Positions 1-7,708 of a DNA stretch of 38,673 nucleotides are shown here, one piece after another; the stretch's first letter is position 1, and every line of letters begins with the position of its first letter. The stretch is from an uncultured Burkholderiales bacterium (lineage in GTDB: Bacteria; Vulcanimicrobiota; Xenobia; Xenobiales; JADMJV01): contig CAYRFU010000001.1 of the NCBI GenBank assembly GCA_964423525.1, forward strand, positions 278-38,950, written 5' to 3'. Position numbers and translations under genes: made by a program. The notes below the pieces were generated by a model, which saw only the letters and a program-made list of their open reading frames with translations, did not search any database and was not told the origin of the DNA.

Positions 1-726
1 TTCGTGGGCCTGCTCCATTTTCGGCGCCTCCTCCTAGAAAGCGACGCCTTCTGGATCGCTCTGAAGAACAATCTCTTCTTGATGACGGTCATCCCGCTCG
101 TGGTGATGCCGGTGGCCTTGGGCCTGGCCTTTGTTCTCCACCAGGGAGTGTGGGGCTCCAAGTGGTTTCGGGTGGCCTTTTTCTTTCCCAATCTTCTAGG
201 CGTTGCCGGCATCCTTTTATGGCAACAACTCTATAATTCCAAAGGGCCGGTCAACCGACTGATGGAGGCCCTCGGACAAGAGCCTCAGGCCTGGCTTTCG
301 CCCGAGCTTCTCTACTATGCTCTGATCCCGATGGGAGTGTGGGGAGCCTTCGGTTTCCACATGGTGCTCTACCTGGCCGCCATGCAAACCGTCCCGAACG
401 AACTTTATGAAGCGGCTGATTTAGATGGGGCTGGAGCTGTGAGGAAGTTCTGGAATATCACCGCTCCTATGATCGCCGAGACAGTGGCTGCTTCGGTCAT
501 TTTCATGGTGATCGCGGGTATGAAGGCTTTTGAAGTGATCTGGCTTTTAACCGACCAGGCTCCCACTACCGACACTCACGTAGTCGGAACCTTGATGGTT
601 CGCTCGATGTTCAGAGACCAGCAGATCGGCCAAGCCGCCGCTATCGCCTGCCTCCTTTTCGCCCTGGTGCTGGTCGGCTCTCTGTTGACGGCCCGCTGGA
701 CCAGGACCGAGGCTATCGAACGATGA
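1..726 (+). CDS. Carbohydrate ABC transporter permease (MalF/UgpA type), 5'-truncated by the window edge
   Basis: Frame open from base 1; hydrophobic helices; EAA motif ELYEAADLDGAG..RKFWNITAP; stop overlaps the next start (ATGA). Confidence 0.93.
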   Translation, partial: FVGLLHFRRLLLESDAFWIALKNNLFLMTVIPLVVMPVALGLAFVLHQGVWGSKWFRVAFFFPNLLGVAGILLWQQLYNSKGPVNRLMEALGQEPQAWLSPELLYYALIPMGVWGAFGFHMVLYLAAMQTVPNELYEAADLDGAGAVRKFWNITAPMIAETVAASVIFMVIAGMKAFEVIWLLTDQAPTTDTHVVGTLMVRSMFRDQQIGQAAAIACLLFALVLVGSLLTARWTRTEAIER

Positions 727-1550
727 GAAAAACGACCCTCGCCACCCTGTTGATCGGATTCTTAGTAGCGACAGTGGCACCTATGGTCTGGTTGGTGGTG
801 ACCTCTTTCAAGCCCAGCCGGGAAATCTTTCTAGACCCATTCGCTCTCCCTGGCCAATGGACAGTTGGAAACTATCTGCGCGCCTGGACCGTAGGTCAGT
901 TTGGCGACTTCTTCCTGAACAGCGTGGGATTGACCGCGGCCACTGTAGCAGCGACCGTTCTCCTCTCCTCTATGGCTGCCTACGCCCTGGCCCGGTTTTC
1001 CTTTCCCGGCTCCCGAGCTCTGCTGTTTTACTTTCTGGCTGGCCTGATGATCCCGCTCCAGTTAGCCGTCGTTCCTCTCTTTTTTGAAATGCGGTTGCTC
1101 GGTCTTCTCAATACTCGCCTCGGCCTGTTCCTGGTCTACCTGGCAACCAGTCTCCCCTTCGCCGTCTTTTTGTTGACTGGCTTCTTTCGCGGTCTGCCTT
1201 CCTCTTTGAGGGAGTCGGCTTTATTGGATGGAGCCAGCGAGGCGACGATCTTCTGGAAAGTGATGTTCCCCCTAGCCCAGCCGGGCTGGGTGACGGTGGC
1301 AATCTTTACCTTCCTGGGCGTCTGGAACGAGTATCTGGTAGCCTTCATGCTTCTCTCCGGTCAGGACGCTGAGGGCTTAAGAACTTTACCCCTGGGACTC
1401 GCCAATCTGACCATCGTCAGCCAGTTCCGGACCGATTTTGGCCTGGTTTTTGCCGGTATCGTCGTGGTTATGCTCCCTACACTAATGGTCTATGTGGCCC
1501 TGGAACGCCATTTGACCCGGGGGATCACGGTAGGGGCGACAAAGGGGTGA
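723..1550 (+). CDS. Carbohydrate ABC transporter permease (MalG/UgpE type)
   Basis: AAYALARFSFPG, EAA loop LRESALLDGAS, WNEYL, and typical C-terminus LTRGITVGATKG. Confidence 0.95.
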   Translation: MRKTTLATLLIGFLVATVAPMVWLVVTSFKPSREIFLDPFALPGQWTVGNYLRAWTVGQFGDFFLNSVGLTAATVAATVLLSSMAAYALARFSFPGSRALLFYFLAGLMIPLQLAVVPLFFEMRLLGLLNTRLGLFLVYLATSLPFAVFLLTGFFRGLPSSLRESALLDGASEATIFWKVMFPLAQPGWVTVAIFTFLGVWNEYLVAFMLLSGQDAEGLRTLPLGLANLTIVSQFRTDFGLVFAGIVVVMLPTLMVYVALERHLTRGITVGATKG

Positions 1551-1553
1551 CGG

Positions 1554-1892
1554 GTGAACGAGAACTTCTATCATCGTGTCTATGACCTGGTCCGAAAAAT
1601 CCCGCGAGGACGATTGATGACCTATGGGCAGATCGCTCGCCAACTCGGTTCGCCGCGGGCCGCGCGGGCGGTGGGCTATGCCCTGCGGGCTCTCGACGAG
1701 AAGGGAGTTCCCTGGCAGAGGGTTCTTAATGCTCAAGGCCAGATCAGCCAGCGATCTCAAGGCGGATCCGCGCAACTCCAACGCAAACTGCTAGAGGCCG
1801 AAGGGATCGAGTTTGGGCCGGACCATCGTTGCGATTTAAAACGGTATCGGTGGAACGGGATTCTGGGCGACGAGTCCGAATTCCGAACTTGA
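1554..1892 (+). CDS. Alkyltransferase-like protein (ATL/YbaZ-type MGMT family, non-catalytic)
   Basis: IPRGRLMTYGQIA, PRAARAVG helix-turn-helix and QRKLLEAEG; active-site motif is PWQRV, with Trp replacing the Cys of PCHRV, which defines ATL proteins. Confidence 0.9.
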   Translation: MNENFYHRVYDLVRKIPRGRLMTYGQIARQLGSPRAARAVGYALRALDEKGVPWQRVLNAQGQISQRSQGGSAQLQRKLLEAEGIEFGPDHRCDLKRYRWNGILGDESEFRT

Positions 1893-1919
1893 CTTTTGTT
1901 TCTTGAGAATGTAATCTCA
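1889..1919 (+). promoter_or_regulatory. Sigma70-type promoter for the MerC-domain gene with an overlapping inverted repeat (Fur/Zur-like operator candidate)
   Basis: TTGACT (1889-1894), 17 bp, TAATCT (1912-1917); TGAGA-N6-TCTCA (1904-1919) overlaps the -10; ATG starts 7 nt after the -10. Confidence 0.65.
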
Positions 1920-1924
1920 CCGCG

Positions 1925-2320
1925 ATGAATGGCCACGAGATCCTGGAGCGCCCATCCCCATGGGACAAGCTAGGCATCCTCATATCAGGGGCTTGCTTAC
2001 TTCACTGCGGCCTGGTGCCGGTTCTCTCTATCCTTCCGGCTATCGGCGCCCTCAAGTCTGAGCACGAAGGGCTTCATCATCTCCTCTTGAGCCTGGCTCT
2101 GCCTGTTGCTCTTTTGGCCCTGATTCCGGCTGTCAAGAAGCACGGCAAGCTTGAGATTATCATCTTCGCTGGTCTGGGCCTTCTTCTCTTGGCCGCAGGT
2201 CTCGTTTTCCACGCCCTAGAGCAGCCTCTCACCCTGGCTGGCGCGGCTCTGTTGGGTCTGGCCCACATCGAAAACTGGCGGAGCTGCCGAGTTCAACGCG
2301 GCGACTGCTGCGACCACTAA
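1925..2320 (+). CDS. MerC-domain membrane protein (putative metal uptake)
   Basis: WDKLGILISGACLLHC motif, about four TM helices, His cluster HEGLHH, AHIENW, C-terminal CCDH. Confidence 0.85.
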   Translation: MNGHEILERPSPWDKLGILISGACLLHCGLVPVLSILPAIGALKSEHEGLHHLLLSLALPVALLALIPAVKKHGKLEIIIFAGLGLLLLAAGLVFHALEQPLTLAGAALLGLAHIENWRSCRVQRGDCCDH

Positions 2321-2337
2321 CTCGAGCGCGAAACGGC

Positions 2338-2421
2338 CCGACAAAACAGAAAGGGGTTCGGCTTGGACAACGCCTAAGGCAGGTTGTGCTAGAAGTCCCT
2401 TAGAGTTCGCTGTTTTGGCGG
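2338..2421. other. Long imperfect intergenic hairpin (about 84 nt)
   Basis: Nested complementary segments CAAAACAG/CTGTTTTG, AAGGG/CCCTT, TTC/GAA, ACAAC/GTTGT and GCC/GGC around a TAA loop. Confidence 0.4.
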
Positions 2422-2425
2422 ACGG

Positions 2426-2460
2426 AAAAAGCCCCGGGCGACTGACCGACCGGGGCTTCT
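2426..2460 (-). terminator. Intrinsic terminator downstream of the lipoprotein gene
   Basis: Stem AAGCCCCGG (2429-2437)/CCGGGGCTT (2450-2458) followed by a T run on the minus strand. Confidence 0.8.
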
Positions 2461-2485
2461 AATCTAAGGTTATGCCAGAAATCGC

Positions 2486-3313
2486 TTAAGGTTGCGTGCC
2501 GGTAGTGCCACCGCCACCAGTGGTGCCACCACCCGTGGTTCCTCCACCGGTGGTTCCTCCACCGGTGGTTCCGCCACCGGTCGTTCCGCCACCGGTCGTT
2601 CCACCACCGGTCGTTCCACCACCCGTGGTGCCACCCGTGGTGCCCAGACTGTTGGAAGCATTGTTTACGAGCGTCTGAGTATTCGCGTCGGTCACAGTCG
2701 AACCGTTGGCGTTAGTCCAGGCAGTCGAACTCTGAACGTTGGTGTTCACCTGGTTCAGCAGGGCCTGGGCCGCAGCGTCCGTTCCAGCGCGGACAACGTT
2801 CTCAAGAGCGGCAAAGTTGACGGTGCTGAGGTTCCCGTTGCCAGACTCCAGGCCGATCAAAGTTGCCGTGGTGGTAGCCGCGTCGATCACTCCGGTGGTG
2901 CCGCCACCAGCCGTGCGGACGGTCTGGAAAACGACTCCCGGGGTGGCCGTAGTGGCCACGAAACGAAAGACTCCTGAGGGAAGATTGTTGAAACTCACCG
3001 CCCCGTTGGCGTTAGTGGTGGCCGTTGCCACAACCTGGTTAGCCTGGTTGTAGACCGTCACCGTCGCGTTAGGGATCGTGAACAGTTGCTGAGCATAGGC
3101 TGGAGTGAAAAGGACTCGGGTCACAGCATAGACCCGACCTTGCGGGGCGATCGCCACCTGCTGAGCCCCGGGAGTGCCAGCAGGGACTCTGAGGTTTAGA
3201 GTAGTGCCCGTTCCCTGGACCTGATTAAAGACAAATTCGTCGTCGTCACTCCCACAAGCGTAGAACAGTGACAGCAGGGCCAAGAGAGCCACTGATACTG
3301 TAAGTTTCTTCAA
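2486..3313 (-). CDS. Lipoprotein with a beta-sandwich (prealbumin/CarboxypepD_reg-like) segment and a C-terminal (GGGTT)n tail
   Basis: AAGGAGG RBS before TTG; signal peptide MKKLTVSVALLALLSLFYA-C20; NATVTVYNQANQVVATATTNANGAVSFNNLPSG pattern; Gly/Thr tail. Confidence 0.8.
   Translation of the reverse strand: MKKLTVSVALLALLSLFYACGSDDDEFVFNQVQGTGTTLNLRVPAGTPGAQQVAIAPQGRVYAVTRVLFTPAYAQQLFTIPNATVTVYNQANQVVATATTNANGAVSFNNLPSGVFRFVATTATPGVVFQTVRTAGGGTTGVIDAATTTATLIGLESGNGNLSTVNFAALENVVRAGTDAAAQALLNQVNTNVQSSTAWTNANGSTVTDANTQTLVNNASNSLGTTGGTTGGGTTGGGTTGGGTTGGGTTGGGTTGGGTTGGGTTGGGGTTGTQP
2498..2645 (-). repeat. Coding tandem repeat, 15-nt unit encoding GGGTT (10 Thr-Thr pairs)
   Basis: Repeated CCACCGGTGGTT-like units with synonymous variation between copies. 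Confidence 0.9.
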
Positions 3314-3324
3314 AACATCCTCCT

Positions 3325-5670
3325 TTAGTCTAAACCGATACGAACCTTTGAAGGGGGGCTGTTCACCCTACAGAACTTATTCTCCTTCAGGAGGAAGAGC
3401 TGAAGGTCGTAAAGACCTTTCGTAATCGGAGTGGCTACGGGAATCGTCAAAACCAAACTTTCTTGGGGACCTACTCTCGGCAAAGTCACCACCATCATCT
3501 CCCGCCTCTCGGGCGGCTCCCCGAAACCGTAAGCTAGCCTGGTGCCTGGCGAGATCGGATCGGGTTCTAGATTGGTCAGACGAATGGTGACGTCGGTCGA
3601 GAAACCTGTCGAATAGGAGTCCTGACCGAGCCATTCCACCTGGAGAGAATCTTGCGGAGCACCAAATTCCTCCGGCCAGGAAAGCCTCGGCCTGTCGACC
3701 CGAAACAAGCTCCAGCTGGGAGTTCGTTCAACCTCTTCGACTCCCTCGAGCTCCCTTAGCCTGGCTCGCGTCTTGTCAAAGCCGATGTCTTGTCTCAGAT
3801 AAATCCAGTCAGGCTCAAGCAGGTCGAGGGCGGCTGGGTCGAATCCTTTCCAGAAAGCTCGAGCCAGGGCTGACATATGATAAGGCGGTGTCCCCACCGG
3901 TTCTCCGTCAAGAGGTAGAGAGTGACCCACCAATCGTAACCCGGTCCAACCCGAAAGCGTCGATTGAAGATGGATCGACGATGGGGCCTCGTGAGGAAAG
4001 TTGACCAACAACGTTTGACCCGGTCGACTTAGCTGACGGAGACGTTCAGCGGCCTCAAGGTCCATCGGGTAGAAACGGGTCTTCTCGGCGTTGAGGCGTA
4101 ACCAGGGCTTGGCCTTCAAAGGCAGCAGAAGAAGCGGGCGATAGCTGTAGCGAGCCCAGCCCTGGACGGCCCTGGGCAGGAACAACTTGAAGAACGGATA
4201 GATACACAACCCTACCAGAAAGAGAGCCAGGGCGGTCGAGACCCAACCGTAACGACGACCCTGGGCCTGCTCGACCAGCTTACCCAGGGCGCTCCCCAGC
4301 ACGTAAGCGAATCCCAGCCCGGCAGCGTACTGCCAACGATAGTATTCGAATTCGTAAATGGGTCCGAAATTCACCAGCCCCGGTGTCACGAAAGCCCCTA
4401 CTGCGAACAACCCTATACTGAGCCCAACCACTTCTCGCTCTCGCCACAGGAGAAACAGAGAGAAGGGAGCCAAATAGGTAGCGAGCCAGTGGATTTGAAG
4501 CACATCCCAGGACCACAAGGGTCGATACGGTGTGCCTGCAGCGATGGGAGCATAGTCGGTCAGAAAAGGATACACCCGGTAGGCACATGAGACCCTCTGA
4601 TAATCTCCGTAACCCAGCTGGAGTTGGAACAGTTCTCGCTTGGGGAACTTCAAAACCACCACCTGCCTCTGGTTCATCTCACCCTCTGACAGCGAAACTG
4701 ATGAGGGGGCGCTCCCCACCAGCCGTTTGGCCAACTTGGTGATCGGCCCCCCCTGAGTGGCTGCCAGGAGACCAGCCAGAGCGAAGGCTAATCCAAGACC
4801 TCGGAGAGGCTTCTTCGAGAAGGCAGCAGCGACCAGCGCTACCACCAAGACGATCATCAGGAGACCGAAATGGGTCTCGTAAACGGCAGCCAAACTGCCA
4901 AGAGCGAGCCCAAGGGCCACCCCCCGAGGCTTGTTTTGCGGCGCTTGCCAAACCAGATAAAGAAGATAAACCGTCAAGATCAGATAAAGATGGACAACGG
5001 CGTTGTTATTCTGGAAACAATCGAGGGCCCCGGCTCGTCCGCCCACGTTGATCCCAAAAAAGACCAGGGTGGTCCCTCCCACTGCTCGCGCCTCTGAACC
5101 CGTGGCAGACACGGTCAAACCAAAGAGCAGACCCAGAGCCAGAAGGGAAGCCAAAGTTGTCAACGACGTTTGAACGGCAAAGATCTTGAACCCCGTCAGG
5201 ATAGACAAACTGGATATCAAAAGGTCCCGTCCGTAGTGTCCATTCATCACGATATCCGGGAAAAAGGGGTGGGAGGGAGGCAAGTTCCCCAAAGCCATCA
5301 GGGATTGGAGTGGAGTGTGAACCCAGTAATCATCGTCGGGGGTCAGATTCTGATTCAGGTTCAGGAAAGCGAACGCGAAAAATCCCAACGTTATCAGCCA
5401 CACCAGACCCCATCGGGAGACGCCCACGGGCTGGAAAGCCGGTCGCGGCCAACCCAACCAGCCAGCCAAGCCGAGCAGCAACTGAACCACCAGTGCGGCC
5501 CAGGCCGCCTCTCGAACAGTGAGAAACTGACCTAGACCGTTGGTCAAGGTAAGAAAGAGCACCAAAGCGAAGGCCACCCCTCCAAAGACCGCTGTAAGTC
5601 GGTTAGAATCTTGAAGAGGTCCCCGAATCAACCCGTAGCCCGTGAACGAAAGTAGCGCCAAGATAACCAT
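3325..5670 (-). CDS. Polytopic membrane protein, putative GT-C glycosyltransferase with a C-terminal soluble (Ig-like) extension
   Basis: More than 10 hydrophobic segments; acidic PDDDYWVH motif in a loop after the N-terminal helices; extensive motif identity with 5686..7680; function is inferred. Confidence 0.65.
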   Translation of the reverse strand: MVILALLSFTGYGLIRGPLQDSNRLTAVFGGVAFALVLFLTLTNGLGQFLTVREAAWAALVVQLLLGLAGWLGWPRPAFQPVGVSRWGLVWLITLGFFAFAFLNLNQNLTPDDDYWVHTPLQSLMALGNLPPSHPFFPDIVMNGHYGRDLLISSLSILTGFKIFAVQTSLTTLASLLALGLLFGLTVSATGSEARAVGGTTLVFFGINVGGRAGALDCFQNNNAVVHLYLILTVYLLYLVWQAPQNKPRGVALGLALGSLAAVYETHFGLLMIVLVVALVAAAFSKKPLRGLGLAFALAGLLAATQGGPITKLAKRLVGSAPSSVSLSEGEMNQRQVVVLKFPKRELFQLQLGYGDYQRVSCAYRVYPFLTDYAPIAAGTPYRPLWSWDVLQIHWLATYLAPFSLFLLWREREVVGLSIGLFAVGAFVTPGLVNFGPIYEFEYYRWQYAAGLGFAYVLGSALGKLVEQAQGRRYGWVSTALALFLVGLCIYPFFKLFLPRAVQGWARYSYRPLLLLPLKAKPWLRLNAEKTRFYPMDLEAAERLRQLSRPGQTLLVNFPHEAPSSIHLQSTLSGWTGLRLVGHSLPLDGEPVGTPPYHMSALARAFWKGFDPAALDLLEPDWIYLRQDIGFDKTRARLRELEGVEEVERTPSWSLFRVDRPRLSWPEEFGAPQDSLQVEWLGQDSYSTGFSTDVTIRLTNLEPDPISPGTRLAYGFGEPPERREMMVVTLPRVGPQESLVLTIPVATPITKGLYDLQLFLLKENKFCRVNSPPSKVRIGLD

Positions 5671-5685
5671 CGGACCGACCTTTAG

Positions 5686-7680
5686 GTGCGCCTGGACGTG
5701 ATCTCCTTCTGGCTGGTCCCCACCCTCTTGACTTTTGCCTGGTGGCTTCCCGAAAAACTTTATGGGTTGGTCGGCTGGGAAAGGCTACCCTTAGGTGTCT
5801 CTAGCACTCTCTTCTCTACCCTTTTTCTGGTCAATCTCGGACTGAGATTAGGCCTGCCGTGGAACGGCTCTCTGATCGTCTGCGGCGCAATCCACCTTCT
5901 TCTTATCGCGGCCCTCTGGAAAACCCAAGCCCCGGAACCTGAGACGTCCGAAATCTCCTGGCTAGAAGCCTCACTTCTTCTGGGCTTTTGCTTGATGGTG
6001 GTGATGGTAACCAACGCCGGCCAGTTGCACTCGCCAGACGACGATTATTGGCTTCACACCCCTCTACAAGCCCACCTAAAAGACGGTTCCTTTCCGCCTC
6101 TCAACCCCTTCTTCTCAAACCTGGAACTCAAAGGACACTACGGTCGAGACCTGCTGATCGTGATCGGGGCGAAAGTGCTAGACCTCAACCTGACTCGCTC
6201 TCAATGGTGGCTCACCACAACCTGCCAAACCCTGACCGCACTCCTTCTCTTTGCCCTTTTCAAAGGCTACGGACGGCATCCCTACTCGGCCTGGCTCGCG
6301 CTCCTTTTCGCCTTCCTCGGCGTGGGAGTGGGTTACAAAGCCGGACTGCTCGATCTCTACCAGAACAACTCCGGCCCCCTTCACCTCGGTTTCTTTCTGC
6401 TGGTGACCCTCTTCTTTCGCTGGCTCGAAAAACCGACCCTTGCCAGGGCTATTCTGTTGAGCCTCACACTGGCCACCTACGCTTTCGTCTATGAAACCCA
6501 TTTCGGTCTTTTTCTGATCGCCTGTCTTCCCCTGGTCGCTCATCAACGCGTTCGACTCTCGCAACTGACCCCGGCTTTTCTGCCGGCCCTCCTCCTGGCC
6601 CTGGTTCACGGTGGTGTCTTCACCGATCTAGCCCAGCGAAGTCTTAACCCCGCCCCCACCGACTCGAGCCTACTGAACCAGTCGCAAAGAGCCAGCCTCA
6701 CCTTTCCAAAACCCCAATTCCTCCAACTCAGGATGGCGCAGGGAGAACTGCAGCCCATCTCCTGCGCCTACAAAGTTTGGCCAGGCAGACTCGCTTTCCG
6801 TCATCTCGATCATCAACCTCGGAGGCAGGACCCTGTCTACGTATCGATCTTCTCCTGGTATGTCTTACGAATGCACTGGTTGCCTCTCGTTCTTTCCCCT
6901 TTGAGCCTCTGGGTGGCGATAGAATCTCGCGACCGGCTGGGTCTTTTCTTCTGGCTCTTCGGAGCGGCGGCATTCCTGGTTCCGGGCCTGGTCCACTTCG
7001 GCCCTATCCATGAATGGGAATACTTCCGTTGGGAATTTGCCTGTGGACTGGGACTGGCGCTAGCCCTGTCTCAAGCCTTGGCTCAAATCGCTTCCGAAAG
7101 TCGATTAGCGACGGCCACGACGATGCTGCTGGTCGCCCTCACGGTCAGTCCAGGATTAGCCCAGCTTGGCCAAGCCTCCACCCAGATCAGCTCGTTGGGA
7201 CCCTTGAGAACCGCCAGCCTCGGCCTCTCTTACCCAGAGTGGCTTCGGCGCCATCGCCAGAGTCTTTATCTGCAGCCTGGCGACGTGGAAGCCCTCGGTC
7301 GCCTGAAACCACTGGTCACCCCAGGCCAAACCGTACTGGTGAATTTCGAACCAGACCAACCTTGGTCGATCCTCTTCGAAAGCACTCTTGCCGGCGTGAC
7401 TGGTCTCTATCCAGTGGGCCACCAGCTCCCACGACCCGAGGATCCAGTGGGCCTTCCCCCTCACCGGATGAGCCAGCAGGCCCAAGATTTTCTCGAGAAG
7501 CCCGAAACCCAAACCCTGAAGGCCCTCGATTTCGACTGGCTTTATCTTCGTCGTAACCGTCTTGCATCAGAGACCATAGCCGCCTTCTCGAACCTTCCCG
7601 AACTCGAACTCCGAGTCCAAGTCGAGAGGCCGGGAGCCCAGGTCTTGATTTTCAAGCGCAAAAAAACCCGGGTCGACTGA
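5686..7680 (+). CDS. Polytopic membrane protein, putative GT-C glycosyltransferase, paralog of 3325..5670 (start may be GTG at 5698)
   Basis: PDDDYWLHTPLQ, GHYGRDLLI, YETHFGL, FGPI.E.EY.RW and PGQT.LVNF shared with the neighbour. Confidence 0.65.
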   Translation: MRLDVISFWLVPTLLTFAWWLPEKLYGLVGWERLPLGVSSTLFSTLFLVNLGLRLGLPWNGSLIVCGAIHLLLIAALWKTQAPEPETSEISWLEASLLLGFCLMVVMVTNAGQLHSPDDDYWLHTPLQAHLKDGSFPPLNPFFSNLELKGHYGRDLLIVIGAKVLDLNLTRSQWWLTTTCQTLTALLLFALFKGYGRHPYSAWLALLFAFLGVGVGYKAGLLDLYQNNSGPLHLGFFLLVTLFFRWLEKPTLARAILLSLTLATYAFVYETHFGLFLIACLPLVAHQRVRLSQLTPAFLPALLLALVHGGVFTDLAQRSLNPAPTDSSLLNQSQRASLTFPKPQFLQLRMAQGELQPISCAYKVWPGRLAFRHLDHQPRRQDPVYVSIFSWYVLRMHWLPLVLSPLSLWVAIESRDRLGLFFWLFGAAAFLVPGLVHFGPIHEWEYFRWEFACGLGLALALSQALAQIASESRLATATTMLLVALTVSPGLAQLGQASTQISSLGPLRTASLGLSYPEWLRRHRQSLYLQPGDVEALGRLKPLVTPGQTVLVNFEPDQPWSILFESTLAGVTGLYPVGHQLPRPEDPVGLPPHRMSQQAQDFLEKPETQTLKALDFDWLYLRRNRLASETIAAFSNLPELELRVQVERPGAQVLIFKRKKTRVD

Positions 7681-7691
7681 CCCGGGTCTTT
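7660..7691. terminator. Probable bidirectional terminator between the membrane-protein gene and groEL
   Basis: A7 run, stem ACCCGGGTC/GACCCGGGT with a 4-nt loop, then CTTT; overlaps the TGA at 7678-7680. Confidence 0.8.
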
Positions 7692-7708
7692 GATGGGGTA
7701 AGGCTGGC

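Noticed and set aside
1554-1892. Active O6-methylguanine methyltransferase (ogt)
   Set aside because: Acceptor Cys is replaced by Trp, so this is the known ATL class and not novel
2498-2645. Possible CRISPR array
   Set aside because: Contiguous 15-nt coding units with no spacers and no cas genes
2470-2977. Pro/Val-rich and Ser/Thr-rich ORFs over the repeat (e.g. 2496..2678 +, 2492..2977 +)
   Set aside because: Shadow frames of the GGGTT repeat; the lipoprotein frame has the RBS, signal peptide and synonymous variation
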